A stretch of DNA of 64,000 bases from Armatimonadota bacterium (GTDB lineage: Bacteria; Armatimonadota; UBA5829; DTLH01): assembly GCA_039679675.1 (NCBI GenBank), contig JBDKUN010000033.1, positions 96,001-160,000 of the forward strand. The letters run 5' to 3'. The translations under genes were made by a program, and so were the position numbers. The first letter of the stretch is position 1, and the number at the start of each line of letters is the position of its first letter. Below the pieces are notes generated by a model. The model was not told where the DNA came from and searched no databases. It saw only the letters and a program-made list of their open reading frames with translations. Shown in pieces: positions 48,937-58,580 of the stretch.

Positions 48937-51743
48937 TGGGAAAAGCGTCAATAGACAAGCTCATCATAAACTCACCTTATGAAGAGCCGAAAAGCTACTG
49001 GAAGTACGAGCTTGCCAACAAGACGTTTACACAGGAGCCGGGCAGACGACCGGCGGGATACGTCACAGCAAAGCCGGGTTCACGGTCCTTTGATGACCCA
49101 GGAATCTTCGTGCCGTTGCCTTTGGTAAATCAGATTCGCCCGCGCGTCAAGGCATGGAGGGAATCCGGCTATCCCGGTGTTACCGGCATTACCAAGCGTC
49201 TGTTGGAACACTGGAATGACCGTAAAAACAGAGATTCGGACCGGCGGCTCTTCTTTTGCCAGTTGGAAGCAATAGAAACGCTTATATGGCTTGTTGAAGC
49301 GCCTGATTCAGAGACGGTAGGCATTGAGATTCCATCAGACGGAGGAGAGTTCAACAGACTTTGCAGCAAGCTGGCAACAGGCACAGGAAAAACTGTTGTA
49401 ATGGCAATGCTGATTGCATGGCAGGTTCTGAACAAGGTTGCTTACCCGCAAGATACGCGGTTTTCGAAGTATGTTTTCATTGTTGCGCCGGGACTTACGG
49501 TAAAGAGCAGATTGCAGGTCCTGATTCCATCCGGCAAAAGCAATTTCTACGATGAATTCGGCATAATCCCTCAAGGGATGATGGACAAACTCCGGCAGGG
49601 GAAGGTTCTTATTCATAACTGGCATAAGCTGGACTGGGAAACGGAAGAACAGCTCGCAAAGAGGAAATCAGCCGATAAACGCGGTGTAAAGAGCAATGAA
49701 GCATACGTTAGAGATGTCCTGGGGGAACTCAGCAATTATAGAAATATAGTTGTTATAAACGATGAAGCGCATCACGCATGGCGCATACCTGCGGAATCAA
49801 AGGTTAGAGGGGTAAAGAAAGAGCAAATCAATGAAGCGACCAAGTGGATTGGCGGACTGGACAGAATCCATCAGTCAAGAGGTATCCTTACCTGCTTTGA
49901 TTTCTCCGCTACGCCGTTTGCTCCGTCCGGCAAGAAAAGCAATGAAGAAGCTCTTTTCGGGTGGATTATAAGTGATTTCGGCCTTAATGACGCCATTGAA
50001 TCGGGTTTGGTAAAGACCCCGCGTGTAGTGGTAAGGGACGACGGAAAATATACTCGCGAATACAAATCAAGACTCTACCATATTTATATGGACCCAGAAG
50101 TAAAAGATGATTTGAATCGAAAAGCTGAAGAACACGAGCCGCTTCCCTCACTTGTAAGTAATGCTTATTACCTGCTTGGAAAGGATTGGCTGGAGACTGC
50201 TAATGTCTGGAAAGAAGCCGGTATGCGGACTCCTCCGGTTATGATAACGGTTGCCAACACAACCAACACAGCAGCAAGAGTAAAGTATTCATTTGACCAC
50301 AAAGCAATATTGATTGAGGAGCTTTGCGTTCCTGATAAGACTTTGCATATAGATTCAAAAGTGCTGGATATGGCCGAATCTCAAGATGAACCGGTATCTG
50401 CAGATGAGGTTATCATCGAAACAGATGATGAAGAAGAGAAATTGGAACCGACCAGAAAGCTCTCGAAAAAGGAGCTTGCTGAACAATTAAGGACATGCGT
50501 TGACACTGTTGGACAAATCGGCAAGCCTGGCGAACAGGTGCAAAAGGTCATATCTGTTGGGATGTTGTCGGAAGGTTGGGATGCTAAGACAGTCACGCAT
50601 ATAATGGGCTTGCGTGCGTTTTCTAGCCAGCTACTATGCGAACAGGTTGTAGGACGCGGTCTAAGGAGGACATCATACGAAACGAATCCTGAAACCGGGT
50701 TTTTTGAAGCAGAGTATGTAAATATCTTTGGTGTTCCGTTTTCATTTCTGCCACATGAAGGCGATGAGACGACTCCACCAAATCCGCCATCACCGAAAAC
50801 TGCAATTGAGCCAGACCCAACCAAAAGCAGGCGCGAAATTACATTCCCGAATATTATACGTATTGACCATACTTACAAGCCTATCTTGACCCTTGATTTG
50901 GAAGATGTGGAGCCGCTTTTTATTGATGCATACGATACAACCACCATAGCGGAAATGGCTCCGATTCTGGAAGGTAAACCCGATATAACCAAGCTATCGT
51001 CGATAGAGTTGGAAGACCTCGGCAGGAAGTTCAGAATGCAGAAGGTTATCTTTGAAGCAGCGGCTATGGTTTATGATGATATTCAGCCTAATTGGAAAGG
51101 CAGCAAGGCATACTTACTTGCTCAAGTCATACGGCTTGTTGAGAAATTCATTCTCTCGGACAAAATCAGGATTCAGCCGGAACTTTTCTATCATAATGAG
51201 CTGAAGAAGCGCATATTGTTGACTTTGAACATGGTAAGCATTGTCCGGCATATTTTCAGGTTCATACGCCTGCAAAATTCGGAAGGCATTGCTGCAATCT
51301 TCGACCAGGATAACCCTATGCGTTCAACCAGGGACATGAGGACCTGGTATACAGGCAAGCCGAATCAATATACCCTGAAATCTCATATAAATAGAAGCGT
51401 GTTTGATAGCACATGGGAAGCAAGCGAAGCGTTCCAGCTTGACTACAGCGACTTGGTGGATTCCTGGGTCAGAAATGACCACTTGGGTTTTGAAATCTAC
51501 TATACCTATGGTGGAGTGGTACGCAAGTATCGCCCGGACTTTATTATAAAGTTGACGACCGGTACTAACCTTGTATTGGAAGTGAAAGGACAGGATACCA
51601 AACAGGACAAAGTGAAACGTGATTATCTGCAGGAATGGATAAATGCAGTAAATCAGAACGGCTGCTTCGGAAAATGGACATGGGATGTATCGTATAGTCC
51701 TTCCGATGTATTAGACATAATTCATAAGGCAGCACAGCTTTAG
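48933..51743 (+). CDS. Type III restriction endonuclease subunit (Res)
   Basis: CQLEAIET, LATGTGKT, NDEAHH, SATP, MLSEGWD and EQVVGRGLR motifs; C-terminal PDF..LEVKG nuclease. Confidence 0.92.
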   Translation: MMGKASIDKLIINSPYEEPKSYWKYELANKTFTQEPGRRPAGYVTAKPGSRSFDDPGIFVPLPLVNQIRPRVKAWRESGYPGVTGITKRLLEHWNDRKNRDSDRRLFFCQLEAIETLIWLVEAPDSETVGIEIPSDGGEFNRLCSKLATGTGKTVVMAMLIAWQVLNKVAYPQDTRFSKYVFIVAPGLTVKSRLQVLIPSGKSNFYDEFGIIPQGMMDKLRQGKVLIHNWHKLDWETEEQLAKRKSADKRGVKSNEAYVRDVLGELSNYRNIVVINDEAHHAWRIPAESKVRGVKKEQINEATKWIGGLDRIHQSRGILTCFDFSATPFAPSGKKSNEEALFGWIISDFGLNDAIESGLVKTPRVVVRDDGKYTREYKSRLYHIYMDPEVKDDLNRKAEEHEPLPSLVSNAYYLLGKDWLETANVWKEAGMRTPPVMITVANTTNTAARVKYSFDHKAILIEELCVPDKTLHIDSKVLDMAESQDEPVSADEVIIETDDEEEKLEPTRKLSKKELAEQLRTCVDTVGQIGKPGEQVQKVISVGMLSEGWDAKTVTHIMGLRAFSSQLLCEQVVGRGLRRTSYETNPETGFFEAEYVNIFGVPFSFLPHEGDETTPPNPPSPKTAIEPDPTKSRREITFPNIIRIDHTYKPILTLDLEDVEPLFIDAYDTTTIAEMAPILEGKPDITKLSSIELEDLGRKFRMQKVIFEAAAMVYDDIQPNWKGSKAYLLAQVIRLVEKFILSDKIRIQPELFYHNELKKRILLTLNMVSIVRHIFRFIRLQNSEGIAAIFDQDNPMRSTRDMRTWYTGKPNQYTLKSHINRSVFDSTWEASEAFQLDYSDLVDSWVRNDHLGFEIYYTYGGVVRKYRPDFIIKLTTGTNLVLEVKGQDTKQDKVKRDYLQEWINAVNQNGCFGKWTWDVSYSPSDVLDIIHKAAQL

Positions 51744-51755
51744 CATCCATAAATT

Positions 51756-51947
51756 ATGGTAGGGGATAACAAAATGCAGTCAGATGAGAACTCTACTCCC
51801 GAATATACTCCGAAGTATCAAAGGCTGTCACCGGAAGCGGTTTCGAGAGTGCTCAAGGAATTGAGGGAACACATAGAACAATATCCCGATGAATTTCCCT
51901 ATGCAGAACTTCAGGAGTCGAAACAAGATGAATCGGCTCCTGAATAA
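51756..51947 (+). CDS. Small acidic hypothetical protein
   Basis: Short ORF after Res; possible start at 51774 after GGGG RBS. Confidence 0.35.
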   Translation: MVGDNKMQSDENSTPEYTPKYQRLSPEAVSRVLKELREHIEQYPDEFPYAELQESKQDESAPE

Positions 51948-52545
51948 GATGATATTGCCTCGCATCCATGGGGGGTTCCCCAAAATAGCCTTGTTTACGA
52001 TTGCTGAAGCCGTTTATCCTCCGTTTAACGGCTGAATGTCACCCTGCTTAAAATCAATTCTTTTGGCGCTAGCGTTCGATTCTGACGCGTTTAGCCTATC
52101 CGGGCGTCCCTTTCCCCTTCCTCTCTTGTCGGAATCGAACAGCAGAACGTTATCTTGTGGAACACAAGCCCCTTTACTAGCCCTTTTATCGGATGTAAAT
52201 TCTCCTTTTTTTATAGTGTACACTTTGTTCCACTTTCCTCCTTTTTATAGGTGTGCCCTTTGTGCCATTTTGCGCTTGCAGATACCCCCAGGGGTATTTA
52301 GTGCAGGCTAAAATGTGAGGTTTCCTAATGTGTTTCTTCTACATGCGCGCGAGAGCTTAACATTTCTTAACAACCTATACGCAAGTAAATGACAGGATTC
52401 CAGTTTTCATCCTGTTTACGGCATCGGCGATTTTCCTTTACGCGCGTGATTACTAGGCTTTACTAGGTTCTATGTGGGGGAAATAGGGCTACCCGCCAAA
52501 GATAGCCCTGTTTCTGGCATCATGTTCAGAACATTAGCCTGCCGC

Positions 52546-54846
52546 TTACCCTTCACATCCGGGTTCGTATTCTTGTTCTTCTTCAATTGTAGAGGGTGTA
52601 GAGCTTGTAGAGTCATTTTGGGTATTTTCATCTATTTCATTGTCTATAGGAGAAAATAGGAGATTTGGGTCTACATCATCTACATACTCTACAATTCCGA
52701 TACCTCGCCACCATTTACAGCCTGCCGAATCATACTTTTGGAACTGATTGCGTTCCTCAAGCCTCTGACTGAAAGTGCGATTAGATAAAGGATATTTTTC
52801 TCCGCGTGCTCTTGACCATTCCGCATAGATGTTATAGAGTTCGCTCGACTTAGATTTATACTGCGTACCTATTACGCAACATTCGTCGAAGAAGTCAGAC
52901 AGCACATCCATATCACTTTGATATTTGTTGGTAGCTTCTTTCACTGCTGATGGCGCTCCAAGCCGTTCTGATTGCCAGAGTAAACAACCTTGAACCATCC
53001 ATGCTAATATGCCGGAATACTCCATTCGGAGCTTGTCCGGCAGCATCATATCTTTGTAAGGTCCAGCAGAAGTGCCGGTATCTTGAAACTGCACCTTGAA
53101 CGGTATCAGTCGTATGCGCCGCCATATAGCATTATCCTGTCCGTCTATATGCGGCAGGTGATTGCATGCAAGCCATAACTTGAACTCTGGAACAAACTCG
53201 AAGAATTCGTGATGAAGAAAACGGGCGCTTATTACATCATTGCCCGTCAGTTCCTTCACAAGAGCTTCAGCAAGCTTCTTGCCCGGTTTTGCCTCTATTG
53301 CTGATACAAAACGCGCTCCACGTAGTCTTGCAATGTCGTTAGTAGGTCCGCCTGCTTCCTTATCAAGCAAGGTGTCGGTTCCAGTCTTACGGTGATAATC
53401 CGCAAGTATTTCCCTGATAACGGTAAGGAATGTGCTTTTGCCATTAGAACCGTTGCCGTGCAGCATAAAGAAGCATTGTTCTGACGTGTCTCCGGTCAAT
53501 CCGTAACCTGCTGCTTTTTGCACGAAGGTAATAAGCTCACTGTCATTGTCGAATATTTCTGACAGGAATCTTTCCCAAGTAGGGCATGCTGCCGATTCGT
53601 CATATTCGACCGGAACAAGTTTTGTTATTAGATTTTCTCTTCGGTGCGGGGCAATCTTGCCGGTTCTCAGGTCCATCGTGCCGTTCAGACAGTTGAGAGA
53701 CCATTTATCGTCATCCAAGTCACTTGACTGCACAGGTATGTTAGGACAATACTTTGCCAGTTCTACCATTGCAGCCAATCTTGGAGCTGATTCGGACTTT
53801 CTAATATGGGAGTAAAGTGCATCTCGTTCAGCCTGTGTACTGCAATCCTGAAGAAGGGCATACATTGACCGGATAACCTGTCGTGCCATTCTGTTAACCT
53901 GTCCTGTGTTATCCGGTTCCCATACTCTACCGTTCCACACAAGCCACTTACCGGAATTTACATCGTATCTAAGGTCAGAACCATAAGCAGCAATAAGCCT
54001 TTCGGAATTCCCTAAATCTGTAAGCGGAAAATCCGTTCCGGTATCAGCAGTCGAGTCTTCTTTCGGCTTCCACTCCTGAGTTTTTGATACCAGCGCCGTG
54101 AGCTCTTCTGCTGTATGTCCTGCTGCAATCCAGTCCGATATATCACCCTTCGGCGACAAATCAGGAAGCTCGATAATCTTGATACTTGCGGCATGTCCGT
54201 GAAGTGATTCTGCTACCTGTTCCGCGTGTTTCTTGCCTGCTGCGTCGTTATCCGGCAGTATGACTACATCTGCGCCTGACAAAACAGAGGAATAGGTATC
54301 CTGCCACTTACCCGCGCCGCCGACATTACAGGTCGCTGTTAATCCAAGAGATTCCAATGTCTCAACGTCTTTTTCACCTTCGACTATAAAGATATTCAGT
54401 CTTCGTGATACTGCATCTTTGACCTTTGGTAGCCGATAGAGCACTTTGGACGTATCCTTCACATTCCAATCCCAGCCGCCTTTGCCGTTCGGCTTTCGCT
54501 GCCGGAAACCCTTCGGTTTATATCTCACGACCTGGTAAAGCAGTTTGCCGGATTCGTCAACATAATTATAGGCTGCTTCTATCCGACGCGGCTCTGCGCT
54601 CTGTATTCGGTGAACAGCTTTCGGGAACAGGTCGCTTGCCTTTATGCCAATCGCTTCTGTGACAGCTTCAATGGAGCATCCTGCGTGACAATGCAGGAGT
54701 ATCTTCCCGTCCTTGCCCGCTGTGATGCTCAAAGAGGCTTGTTTGTCTTCATGTGCAGGGCAAAGAGCCTGCCAGCCATTGGCAGACTCCCTGACTCCCT
54801 GAAGACGGGTGAGAATGTTGTCTATAGTTCCCGTCGTCATTTTCAT
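52546..54846 (-). CDS. P4-family phage/plasmid primase-helicase (Zn finger, Toprim, D5_N, SF3 helicase)
   Basis: CPAHED..HCHAGC, IVEGEKD, LPDND, TDLGNSERL, GNGSNGKST, VKELTG and AIWRRIRLIPF motifs. Confidence 0.92.
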   Translation of the reverse strand: MKMTTGTIDNILTRLQGVRESANGWQALCPAHEDKQASLSITAGKDGKILLHCHAGCSIEAVTEAIGIKASDLFPKAVHRIQSAEPRRIEAAYNYVDESGKLLYQVVRYKPKGFRQRKPNGKGGWDWNVKDTSKVLYRLPKVKDAVSRRLNIFIVEGEKDVETLESLGLTATCNVGGAGKWQDTYSSVLSGADVVILPDNDAAGKKHAEQVAESLHGHAASIKIIELPDLSPKGDISDWIAAGHTAEELTALVSKTQEWKPKEDSTADTGTDFPLTDLGNSERLIAAYGSDLRYDVNSGKWLVWNGRVWEPDNTGQVNRMARQVIRSMYALLQDCSTQAERDALYSHIRKSESAPRLAAMVELAKYCPNIPVQSSDLDDDKWSLNCLNGTMDLRTGKIAPHRRENLITKLVPVEYDESAACPTWERFLSEIFDNDSELITFVQKAAGYGLTGDTSEQCFFMLHGNGSNGKSTFLTVIREILADYHRKTGTDTLLDKEAGGPTNDIARLRGARFVSAIEAKPGKKLAEALVKELTGNDVISARFLHHEFFEFVPEFKLWLACNHLPHIDGQDNAIWRRIRLIPFKVQFQDTGTSAGPYKDMMLPDKLRMEYSGILAWMVQGCLLWQSERLGAPSAVKEATNKYQSDMDVLSDFFDECCVIGTQYKSKSSELYNIYAEWSRARGEKYPLSNRTFSQRLEERNQFQKYDSAGCKWWRGIGIVEYVDDVDPNLLFSPIDNEIDENTQNDSTSSTPSTIEEEQEYEPGCEG
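52588..52693. other. Putative replication origin (inverted iteron triplets)
   Basis: TGTAGAG at 52588, 52597 and 52606; TCTACA at 52670, 52679 and 52688; AT-rich gap between. Confidence 0.65.
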
Positions 54847-55304
54847 TAAAACAAACTCCTCTGCGTAGTATCGGCATTATCCCAATCCGCCATAAGGAGA
54901 GCCGTTTGACGGCCATACCCTCGGTCAATGGGTTTCCCGCGTTTGAAAAACCTCTCCAGCGGTGCGGTTAAAACCACGTTGTCGGGCAATTCAGCCCGGA
55001 TTGTATGGCAGTTCAGGCCATTGAGCTGATATAATACCGATGTTTGGAGTGCAATACTCGGCGGGTTTCGGAGTATATGCTCGTGTTTTACGGTTTTGAC
55101 TAACACCCTGTCGGGCATTAATATGCCGACTTTTACCTTCCTGCGTCCATCGTCAGCATAAATAACTATTCCCGTTGATTTATCGGTTGGTTTGCGGTAT
55201 CCTGCTCTTGCACGTACCGCTTCCATAAACGGTTGTGTGTCTTGTCCAGCGGCTCCACGGCCTAGGAACCTCGAACCGCTGGATGGATTAAAATTCGTCT
55301 GCAT
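54846..55304 (-). CDS. Hypothetical protein in xis-primase operon
   Basis: Overlaps both neighbours by TAATG; GGAGGTG RBS. Confidence 0.65.
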   Translation of the reverse strand: MQTNFNPSSGSRFLGRGAAGQDTQPFMEAVRARAGYRKPTDKSTGIVIYADDGRRKVKVGILMPDRVLVKTVKHEHILRNPPSIALQTSVLYQLNGLNCHTIRAELPDNVVLTAPLERFFKRGKPIDRGYGRQTALLMADWDNADTTQRSLF

Positions 55305-55507
55305 TATTTCACCTCCATATTTATTCCGCTCGCGTCTGACAGCATTCTCTCAAGCGCCGGTTTCGGAACCATCCTCATTCCGCCGATTTTGACGCTGGGA
55401 ATTTCGCCTCTATTGATAGCGGCATAGGTGCTCGTTTTTCCTCGCCCGATTATCCGGGCTACTTCCTCAACCCTCAACATTTGGCATTCATTTTCGTTTT
55501 GATTCAT
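55304..55507 (-). CDS. Excisionase / HTH_17 DNA-binding protein
   Basis: MLRVEEVARIIGRGKTSTYAAINRGEIPSVKIGGMRMVP. Confidence 0.85.
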   Translation of the reverse strand: MNQNENECQMLRVEEVARIIGRGKTSTYAAINRGEIPSVKIGGMRMVPKPALERMLSDASGINMEVK

Positions 55508-55602
55508 TGCTATACTCCCGTAAATTATTTATTTTTGCTATTATACGAGTGACAAAATTGGAAAATGGTTTCCGAAAACTGTCACCTGCGGAGGATTGAA
55601 CT

Positions 55603-56298
55603 GTGGACGAAAAGGAACTTAGGAAACAGCTTGAAAAAAAAGAGGGGCCGGTGAATGATGCATTTTGGGGTGAATTGAAAAAAGAAGTATTAGGAGAATA
55701 TGATTGTAATTGCTATGGTGATTCTGATGAACTCGTAGAAAGCTTAGTTAAGTTAACGAAGCTTTCTAAGCGTTACAACCCGTCTAGTGGTGGCTCGAAT
55801 GCAAAGAAAAAATACGGCGGGAGAGTCGGAACCGGCTGGAAATATCAAAAGCTTATGCATAAGCAACGTAGGCTGAAGTCTGATATTGAACTTATTCGAT
55901 TTTTAAATAACACCAAAGATTGGTCAACAATCGCAAAGACGTACAACAATACTCACGGCACGAGTAAGAGGGATGATACACTCAGGCGTGAGTATTATAG
56001 AGCAAACCGCAGTCTCAAAGGATATGATGAAGATGCAGAACTCGATAAGTCTTTTGGTGAGCTCCTGAATAATCAGCAGACTCGGTTCGAAAAGCAGTAC
56101 AAACACCCCGCAGCAAGGGTGTTTGAGATAAGCTGCATCATCTCTAATCTTGAACAAAAAGAACCTACGGGTATACGCAACGCCTTTTTGAATTATTACA
56201 GGCTCCTATACAGCAAGTACAAACAAGAGCTTGTCGCTTTAGAAGCACAAAGATGTGCCAATATGGATTCCGCAATGGATACAGAAAATACGCAGTGA
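55603..56298 (+). CDS. Hypothetical protein, divergent from xis
   Basis: GTG start, GGAGG RBS, 231 aa, charged. Confidence 0.6.
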   Translation: MDEKELRKQLEKKEGPVNDAFWGELKKEVLGEYDCNCYGDSDELVESLVKLTKLSKRYNPSSGGSNAKKKYGGRVGTGWKYQKLMHKQRRLKSDIELIRFLNNTKDWSTIAKTYNNTHGTSKRDDTLRREYYRANRSLKGYDEDAELDKSFGELLNNQQTRFEKQYKHPAARVFEISCIISNLEQKEPTGIRNAFLNYYRLLYSKYKQELVALEAQRCANMDSAMDTENTQ

Positions 56299-56316
56299 AA
56301 CTGAAGTCGTAAGTTA

Positions 56317-57306
56317 TCATTTCAGCCGCTTTCGTTGCCCGTCTGCTCCTTTATTCAGCCTGTCCCCCGGCGATGCAATCGCATGAGCGGTCTCAAGGTC
56401 TGTATCCGCAAGCTGTACATATCGCCGTGTCATTTCGAGCGTTTCGTGTCCCAGGAGCCGTTGAAGGGCAAAGACGCTTCCTCCGCCGCGCAGAAACTGG
56501 ACAGCGAAGGTATGACGGAGTGTATGTGGGGATGGACGTCTGCACTTAGCCTTTGTGAGCTTGGCATAGCGCCGGACCATCTTTGAGACATAGTTAGCGG
56601 TCAGGGGAATAGTTGAGCCGCCTGCCGAGACTTCTGCGCTTATAAACAGTCTGCAGGGGGCAGTCTCTTCGTGTGAGAGAGCATTATTTCTGACTACTAG
56701 ATAATTATTAAGCAGCCTTTTTGCATGGAGTCCGAAGAATACCGTTCGCTCTTTATCTCCTTTGCCATGAACCAGGAGCCGCTTTGCGTTAATGTCCATG
56801 TCACTGTCAGCAAGCCCACAGAGTTCCGAGACACGCATTCCAGTGTCATACAGCAGTACGATTATGGCTGCATCACGAGTGCCAATGAATCCCCCTCGTT
56901 TTTCTGCTGACTGAATCATTGCTTCAACTTCTGTAGTCTCAAAGGTCGGGATTATCACTTTCGGAACCTTCGGGCCTGATAGCCCGGTACAAGGGTTTGA
57001 CTCAATCCAGCCTTCACGAGTTAACCATTTACAGAATGCGGCAATCACGGTGAATGCTTTATGTGCAGTCGCTCCGTTTTTGTATTTACCAACAAAGTCT
57101 ATAACGTGTGTGGAAGTAAGTGCGTCTGCAGGCGGACAGTCTGAGTCAGTAAACCGCTCAAGCCACCATTCCTTATCCTTGATAGTCTTAGCGGACATTC
57201 GGCGGAACCGGCATTCATCCAAGTAGAATGAGATAATCTGCTCCCAGGTAGCTGTTTGGAGCCGTACAACATTTCCCGCTTGCGCTAATTTCCCCACACG
57301 AGACAC
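56317..57306 (-). CDS. Tyrosine integrase
   Basis: RDAAIIVLLYDTGMRVSEL, GKGDKER, PHTLRHTFA and LLGHETLEMTRRY motifs; adjacent to the right att. Confidence 0.93.
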   Translation of the reverse strand: MSRVGKLAQAGNVVRLQTATWEQIISFYLDECRFRRMSAKTIKDKEWWLERFTDSDCPPADALTSTHVIDFVGKYKNGATAHKAFTVIAAFCKWLTREGWIESNPCTGLSGPKVPKVIIPTFETTEVEAMIQSAEKRGGFIGTRDAAIIVLLYDTGMRVSELCGLADSDMDINAKRLLVHGKGDKERTVFFGLHAKRLLNNYLVVRNNALSHEETAPCRLFISAEVSAGGSTIPLTANYVSKMVRRYAKLTKAKCRRPSPHTLRHTFAVQFLRGGGSVFALQRLLGHETLEMTRRYVQLADTDLETAHAIASPGDRLNKGADGQRKRLK

Positions 57307-57317
57307 GATTAATCACC

Positions 57318-57383
57318 TTGGCAATCTCCCTCGTGTCCAACATGGCAATCTCTCTAGTTTTGAGGCTTGGCAATCTCCCTCGA
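57318..57383 (+). repeat. Putative integrase arm-type sites (right end)
   Basis: Three direct copies of TGGCAATCTC(C/T)CT at about 24-bp spacing. Confidence 0.7.
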
Positions 57384-57412
57384 CAAATTGAGCACGGTTT
57401 ACGCTCGTTCGA

Positions 57413-57488
57413 GGGCCGTTAGCTCAGTCGGCAGAGCATCTCCCTTTTAAGGAGAGGGTCATTGGTTCGAATCCAATACGGCTCACCA
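57413..57488 (+). tRNA. tRNA-Lys (TTT), copy 2 (right att)
   Basis: Identical full-length 76-nt copy of 43559-43634. Confidence 0.95.
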
Positions 57489-57497
57489 TTCGAACAG

Positions 57498-57532
57498 TAG
57501 AGGTCGGGATTTTATAAATCTCGGCCTTTTTT
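57498..57532 (+). terminator. Terminator after tRNA-Lys
   Basis: AGAGGTCGGGATTT-TAT-AAATCTCGGCCTTTTTT. Confidence 0.7.
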
Positions 57533-57545
57533 GCTTATTTAGCAT

Positions 57546-58361
57546 CTATTTTGATCTTTCCAGCGGTTTAATCACGTAGTAGACCGGCGCGGGGTGATAA
57601 TTTCGCTCAAAAAGTTTCCATGTGTAGTGTTTGCGCTGGCCTGACAAAGGGTCGCCGATCTCAGGCCCGGCAGAATTCTTCGACATCAGCACTACTGCAT
57701 GGCTGATGTGCCCCAGCTTTATGCTGAGAATGCAGGGAGCCGGCATATCTTTCGACGATTTTGCAGAATAGACCTCGATCTTGTAGCCGTGCTTGCGCAA
57801 CGCGCGCATCAGATACCATATTTCGGTGCCTTTTTTGTCCGTACCTGCTTCACTGGCTATTTCCTTCTCTGTTACGTTACCACCGAGCATTTTGATGACC
57901 GTCGCGCATGAAGCGGGGACACAGGTCGATAAACTGGTCTGCCTGCAGATACCGTTCGTCCATTCATTAGAGAGAGTTGAGTAGTCCTGCCGGAAGAATA
58001 GCTGCTCTGCAAATGGTGCTGCCAACATCACCGCCGTAATAATCGTTGCAAATACCAGAATCGGAGTGTTCAGCTGGTTCGGACGAAGTTTGGAATCTGC
58101 AAACATAACGCCTGAAAGAGCTCCGATCAGACCCGATATTGCTTCGGTTCCGGGCAGGCTGCGGAGGTTGATAAACCAGATTTCGTTCGGTATGTTAAGA
58201 AGATAATTGCTTGTGAATAATACTGCTGGGGCTGCAAGCACGAATGCCGCGAGTGCTATTGCAGCGCGCAGTAGTTTGGTTGTGGTATAAAGATAAAGCA
58301 TTCTGAACAGGGTGAAACTGATAACTGCACTTATAACAGCGATTGGAAGGTATCTAATCAT
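57546..58361 (-). CDS. Membrane-anchored C39-like cysteine peptidase
   Basis: N-terminal TM helices; QTSLSTCVPAS..HAVV..GDP catalytic pattern. Confidence 0.75.
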   Translation of the reverse strand: MIRYLPIAVISAVISFTLFRMLYLYTTTKLLRAAIALAAFVLAAPAVLFTSNYLLNIPNEIWFINLRSLPGTEAISGLIGALSGVMFADSKLRPNQLNTPILVFATIITAVMLAAPFAEQLFFRQDYSTLSNEWTNGICRQTSLSTCVPASCATVIKMLGGNVTEKEIASEAGTDKKGTEIWYLMRALRKHGYKIEVYSAKSSKDMPAPCILSIKLGHISHAVVLMSKNSAGPEIGDPLSGQRKHYTWKLFERNYHPAPVYYVIKPLERSK

Positions 58362-58580
58362 AGTTTATCCGCCCAAACTGCCCGGAACCACAGACAGGCT
58401 ATCTGTTTTTATTAGCACTTGGATGAATTATAACAGATTGATTCAGTATTTTGCTGATTGTTATACAATAATCAGAATGCGGATGGCCGTTTTGTCTGTT
58501 TTCCTTGACAGTTAATATTCATCAGGATATACTTGCCAAGGAAAAGGAATAAGCTTGTTTCGTAACGGGAGAGTTAGTTA

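Larger units (their letters stand above)
43558..57512. mobile_element. Integrative satellite-like (P4/PICI-type replicon) defence island in tRNA-Lys
   Basis: 101-bp direct repeats (43558-43658, 57412-57512); integrase, excisionase, primase-SF3 helicase, second recombinase and type III R-M; no capsid or terminase genes recognised. Confidence 0.9.

Noticed and set aside
43558..57512. Complete prophage or conjugative ICE
   Set aside because: No capsid, terminase, tail, lysis, relaxase or T4SS genes were recognised.
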